This document shows, piece by piece, positions 58,595 through 64,000 of a DNA stretch of 64,000 bases. The DNA is taken from positions 58,094,001 through 58,158,000 of the forward strand of contig OX597824.1 of NCBI GenBank assembly GCA_951406725.2, read 5' to 3'. A program made the translations under genes and the position numbers. This stretch comes from Octopus vulgaris. Its lineage: Eukaryota. The notes beneath the pieces were generated by a model, which saw only the letters and a list, made by a program, of their open reading frames with translations, was not told the DNA's origin and made no database searches. Numbering within the stretch: the first letter of the stretch is position 1; each line of letters begins with the position of its first letter.

Positions 58595-58804
58595 TTGTAT
58601 GTCTGTGTTTGTGCCCCTAGCATTGCTTGACAACCGATGCTGGTGTGTTTACGTCCCTGTCACTTAGCGGTTCGGCAAAAGAGACCGATAGAATAAGTAC
58701 TGGGCTTACAAAGAATAAGTACCGGGGTCGATTTGCTCGACTAAAGGCGGTGCTCCAGCATGGCCGCAGTCAAATGACTGAAACAAGTAAAAGAGTAAAA
58801 GAGT
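58402..58804 (+). mobile_element. SINE family A, young copy
   Basis: Near-identical to 8386-8788. Confidence 0.92.
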
Positions 58805-58959
58805 ATATATATACACATATATATATATATATATATATATCAGTAACATTTGTAATGTTTATGTCATATCAATTAGGTATTAAACTATTATATATACACA
58901 TTGCCTAACTGTATGCCAAATAGTGCCTTGTGCATCGTAGTGATTAGTGGTAGTGGAAG

Positions 58960-59112
58960 GAAGCGAGCTGGTAGAGTTGTTAGCATGACGGACAAAATGC
59001 TTAGCAGCATTTCGCCCATCTTCACGTTCTGAATTCAAACACCGCCAACATCAATTTTGTCTTTCATCCTTTTGGGGCCGAGAAAATAAGTACTGGAGTT
59101 GATATAATTCGT
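58960..59112 (+). mobile_element. SINE family B, diverged
   Basis: GCGAGCTGGTAGA..CGTTCTGAATTCAAA..TTTCATCCTTTTGGGG..AAATAAGTAC. Confidence 0.75.
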
Positions 59113-59114
59113 TA

Positions 59115-59165
<51 letters not shown>

Positions 59166-59616
59166 AAAGAATATTGTTGTATAAGGCCGGAACAAAGTAA
59201 ACTGCAATAGGAAATGAAAACAAATCGCAGCTGTACCTTGTAGTCCATATTTCGGTGTGTACACACGTACACACACACATGCACAATGTATAGACACTGC
59301 AGCTATATACATGCGTTTGTGCATCGTTTGTATTTCATGTTTTACTTGATTCAGTCATTAGACTGCAGCCATCCTGGGCACCCCAGTACTTATTATCTTT
59401 AAGCCTTGTACTTATTCTATCGGGTCTCCTGACACAAGTGCATTGTAAACATAACAGGAGACAGAACAACATCGGATGTAAAACCGAATGCTTTTAGTTT
59501 CCATCTACCAATCACAAGACTTTTGTCGACCAGAGGCTATAGCAGAAGACACTTACCCAAAATGCCACGGAGTGGTCGTGAACCCAGAACCATGTGGTTG
59601 GGAAGCTAACTTCTTA

Positions 59617-59682
<66 letters not shown>

Positions 59683-59686
59683 CTAC

Positions 59687-59767
<81 letters not shown>

Positions 59768-59886
59768 CATGTATATATATATTCTTGTATATGACTATGT
59801 ATATGTATGCCTATGTATACGCATTCATGCATATATATGCATATGTATACATATATACATACAAACTAATATGTATATATATGTGG

Positions 59887-59917
<31 letters not shown>

Positions 59918-60114
59918 AATATATATATACATACACATACATAGGTTTCTCGAGGCACTGGGCCACTTGGTGTGGAATAGATATACTATTAAATTAGTAT
60001 CTAATTCTCTCACCCTTATTAATTAATTACATGTATATACATATATTTATATATGCATATATATTCATATACACACACACATACCCATTTATATGTCCAT
60101 TATTTTCAGTGTGT

Positions 60115-60160
<46 letters not shown>

Positions 60161-61006
60161 CATGTACACCATTACTGCTACCGCAATTCTACTTCCAATA
60201 TATTGTCTCTAACAAATGATTTACCATACATTTTGGAATTGAACCTTCAACCCTAAGCATATTGTGATGCTTAAATACTATCGGGCTAGAATTTCATCGT
60301 AGCCTGCAAGAGAGAGAGCAGTAAAGTCTTCTTTCATTGATATTCGGCTGGCTTAAATTTGGTGCACCACACTGGAGAGTAGGGGCGGTATGGAAATATC
60401 CTTGATCAAGGTACTGATTCGCATCGAGGGTTCACTGGGGGTTAAACAAGGGGTAGAGTCAAGCAATGCGTAAATAGACAACAACAATAATAATCCTGTA
60501 TTGATAATACATTGTTATCATAAAATAGATTGTATTAACAAAAATAGAAACCTGGATGTATTTTCGATGAGGTGTACAAATATCTATCTATCTTTCTATT
60601 ACTAGCTTACGCATGTATTTATCCACACACACACATTCAAGGTATTTCTACCGATTGCCTATAGAATTTAGATCCAAATCTGCGTTTACGTGTATGTATG
60701 TATGTGTGTGTGCGTGAATATATATATATACATACATATATATACACACATGCACACACGAACTCACGTCTTTGTAGTTGTCTGTTCTGGTAACTTGTGA
60801 AAATACGTGTGCGCCTGTAAATGTAAGCTCATACAAATCTGTATTCAGAACGTATGTAAGTGTGTAAGTTTGTGTGTACGTTCGATTTCTTGTTTATGTG
60901 TTTGTTAATTATGCATACACAACACGTAACTTTCAACCACACTACCTTTCTCTACAAAACTCTTTCTCTCCCTGTCTCTGCCTCTCTGTGTGTGTGTGTG
61001 TGTGTG

Positions 61007-61049
<43 letters not shown>

Positions 61050-61480
61050 AGAGTGGAGTTTAAAAAGAGGGAAAATATAATAGAAGAAGAGAGAGCATGT
61101 CTGTGAGAGTTACCCTATATTCTATATACAAATTTCAGATTTATATACATACATTCATGTATATTATTCATCCAGATCGCGACGTGTCATCCATATCACT
61201 TAAAGCAATCAATCACAAGTACATACTCACACACAAACACACACACGGACACGTACGTACACACACACAAACCCGAACACACACACATACAAACACACAC
61301 ATCCACACACACACGTACACACATTGTTACGGTGACATCAGCAACAACAACTACAACTGACATGATACGTGGATAATAGTTATAATCGAAACTAGAGACA
61401 AGATGCAATGTCAATGGTGAAACTGGAAAGTGAACCATGTACACAGCCTGGTGGCCACCACACATGCACACACATACACA

Positions 61481-61615
<135 letters not shown>

Positions 61616-61789
61616 GGATGGTTGGTTCTCCGTCGGCTTTAAAGTTCAACTGATAATAATTTTCTCCTGAATACTATGGCAGAGTATTCTGTCGCATTTC
61701 TGGAGAAGAAACAGCATGGAAATGCTTCTTAAGGCAGGATAGTTGAATTATAGGTAAAATCCACCCGTCTATTCTATTTCAGTCACAAT

Positions 61790-61935
61790 AAATGGATTCA
61801 AATTCTGCTGATTCGACTTTGCCTTCCATTCTTTCAAGGTTGATAAAATAAGTTCCAGTCAAGCATTAGGATCGAAGTAATCGATTTATCCACTCCCACT
61901 AAATAGCTGGCGCTGTGCCGAAATTTGAAATCAAT
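61790..61935 (+). mobile_element. SINE family B 3' fragment
   Basis: TTCAAATTCTGC..CGACTTTGCCTTCCATTCTTTC..GATAAAATAAGT..GTAATCGA. Confidence 0.65.
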
Positions 61936-61952
61936 ATAAGAATCAAACCAAA

Positions 61953-61996
<44 letters not shown>

Positions 61997-62216
61997 TTTT
62001 ATATTTATATCGAACGAAGGGTTCCGTCTACCAAATCCACTCAGAAAGATTTGGTCGGCTCAAGCTGGAAGCATGTGTTAGGAAGGAAGCTTTTGACCAA
62101 ATATATATAAAGCCCGTCATATATATATATATATATATACATATATGTATATATATATACATGCATACATATATGCATGTATATATACATGTATGTAGTA
62201 TATATATTTATATATG

Positions 62217-62318
<102 letters not shown>

Positions 62319-62603
62319 CATACATACATAAGTTTCTAACCAGTTATTAGAATCTACTAGAAGATTATTGAAGTTAGAATTTAAGGTGATAAATATTAAT
62401 AATATGGCCAGTAGTGGAATGTAATTAACTGCGATTCAATGTATATACATAAAAATGAATATTACAGGAAGAAATAACTGGGTGACGGGAATTTACCATT
62501 TGCATAGAACATCAGAGAAACAGTCCTCAACCAGAATGCTAATAAATCATACTTATATTTAAAATCTAAATTCAATAACCTTGTATGTTTGTATGAATGT
62601 ATG

Positions 62604-62659
<56 letters not shown>

Positions 62660-62731
62660 TAAACTTACTTGGAAATGGATGCGTGGCGTTCAATCAAATA
62701 ATAATATAAATTATATATATATATATATAAT

Positions 62732-62770
<39 letters not shown>

Positions 62771-62775
62771 GAAAT

Positions 62776-62806
<31 letters not shown>

Positions 62807-62829
62807 GTATGTGTGTGTGTATATATATA

Positions 62830-62864
<35 letters not shown>

Positions 62865-63624
62865 GCATATATGGGTACAGGACGTCACCAACAGTAAACA
62901 ACATGAAATACGAAAACAAATGAGTTCAATACGCAAACAACGAGAGAAACAAATGGAAAACAGGACAAGTAGCTTAAAGATCGACCCTTCATCAGTTGTC
63001 GACTGTCAACTCCTTTATAGAGGATCAAAGTTGGGAACAAAAACAGGACAGTGGAGACATACAAGGAAATCGAAGGTAAACAAACATCGTGGGTCGTTAG
63101 ACTAGAACGAGTGTAAAATAGCAAAGGCTGGAGAAATATATTCTTTGACAAGAGAAAAGATAGAAGAGAGAGATAGGATACGCCCAGTCCTTAGGACAGC
63201 CCAGAAAGTAAAGAAAGATGATCACTTGCAAAAATAAAGATGGACGATGGTCACGTGTGAGCAGGGAGAGAGAGTAAAGGAGAAAGAGGGAGAGAGAGAG
63301 AGGGAGACATTTAGAAAACGGCGAAGAGGAGGAAAAAAAGGAACTAGAGAAAGGATGAGAGAGGAAGCGTTAGAGGGAAATCATTATAGAGTAGAGTCGC
63401 ATCAAAATTAAGATCAACCTACTTAGAAATGGATGCGTGGCGTTTAATCAAATAATAATGTAAATAATATATGTGTGCATATATATATACACGCATATAT
63501 AGGTACAGGACGTCAGCAACGGTAAACAACAAGAAATACGAAAGAAAATGAGTTCAATACACAAACAACGAAAGAAACAAATGGAAAACAGGACTGGTAA
63601 CATAAAGAACGACCCTTCATCAGT
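62660..63624 (-). repeat. Two diverged direct repeats of family D (62660-62997, 63416-63624)
   Basis: Both carry GAAATGGATGCGTGGCGTT.AATCAAAT, GGTACAGGACGTCA, AAATGAGTTCAATAC, AAACAAATGGAAAACAGGAC and CGACCCTTCATCAGTT. Confidence 0.85.
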
Positions 63625-63687
63625 TTCGTCTGTCTATCTACTCCTCATTTCGAGCATACAACACGCATGTATGGATTTTCTGAAAAA

Positions 63688-63742
<55 letters not shown>

Positions 63743-63749
<7 letters not shown>

Positions 63750-64000
63750 ATCCCTCAAGGTCGAGGATGATGGTCTATGCGCAAATTTACTGGTGAGTCT
63801 GTAGGTGACCGATAAGACCAATTCTTGCTTGAAAAGATCGGTCACAATGCAGACATCTAGTGCCGGAAGGGAGAGTCGCACGTGGTTGTTATTGGCGCTC
63901 CTACGGTCGTCGTCTTTTCTCCTCCAGCTCTGCAGACCTTTTCGACTCGAAAGTCGCCGTTCCCTCATGGATGGTGGTTTTCCAGAGTGGTCTGTTTTTT
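63743..64000 (-). pseudogene. RTE-BovB-like LINE 3' end; continues off the right edge
   Basis: Minus strand NRPLWKTTIHEGTATFE..EEKRR..CLHCDRSFQARIGLIGHLQTH (C-terminal CCHH motif) with stops, then 3' UTR CATCATCCTCGACCTTGAGGGATTGCC. Confidence 0.85.

Noticed and set aside
63610-63660. Type II hammerhead on the minus strand (GCUCGAAA...CUGAUGAAGGGU)
   Set aside because: A short stem II is possible, but stems I and III cannot be paired; kept only as a motif observation.

Overview
Eukaryotic, AT-rich, extremely microsatellite-dense intronic/intergenic DNA. The repeat families resemble those I recall from octopus (coleoid cephalopod) genomes; this is inference and was not database-checked. Nearly all ORFs in the supplied track are microsatellite artefacts, and no intact host gene is confidently identified. 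Recognisable content: decayed non-LTR retrotransposons (Tx1/L1-like at 1-2570, Penelope-like RT/GIY-YIG at 3026-3688, CR1-like, RTE and RTE-BovB-like), mariner and hAT-type DNA transposon relics and MITEs, more than 25 copies or fragments of a tRNA-derived SINE (family A), a second SINE (family B) and a solitary 5S rRNA copy. The most striking unexplained structure is a set of hammerhead ribozyme motifs, 4 apparently intact and about 7 degenerate. Three of the intact motifs sit in head-to-head foldback elements, including a non-coding 3.4 kb element with ~1 kb inverted arms, each ending in an identical outward-facing hammerhead. A speculative chain of small + strand exons ending in a GPI-anchor-like signal is also noted. 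All folding and alignment was done by eye, so repeat boundaries are approximate.
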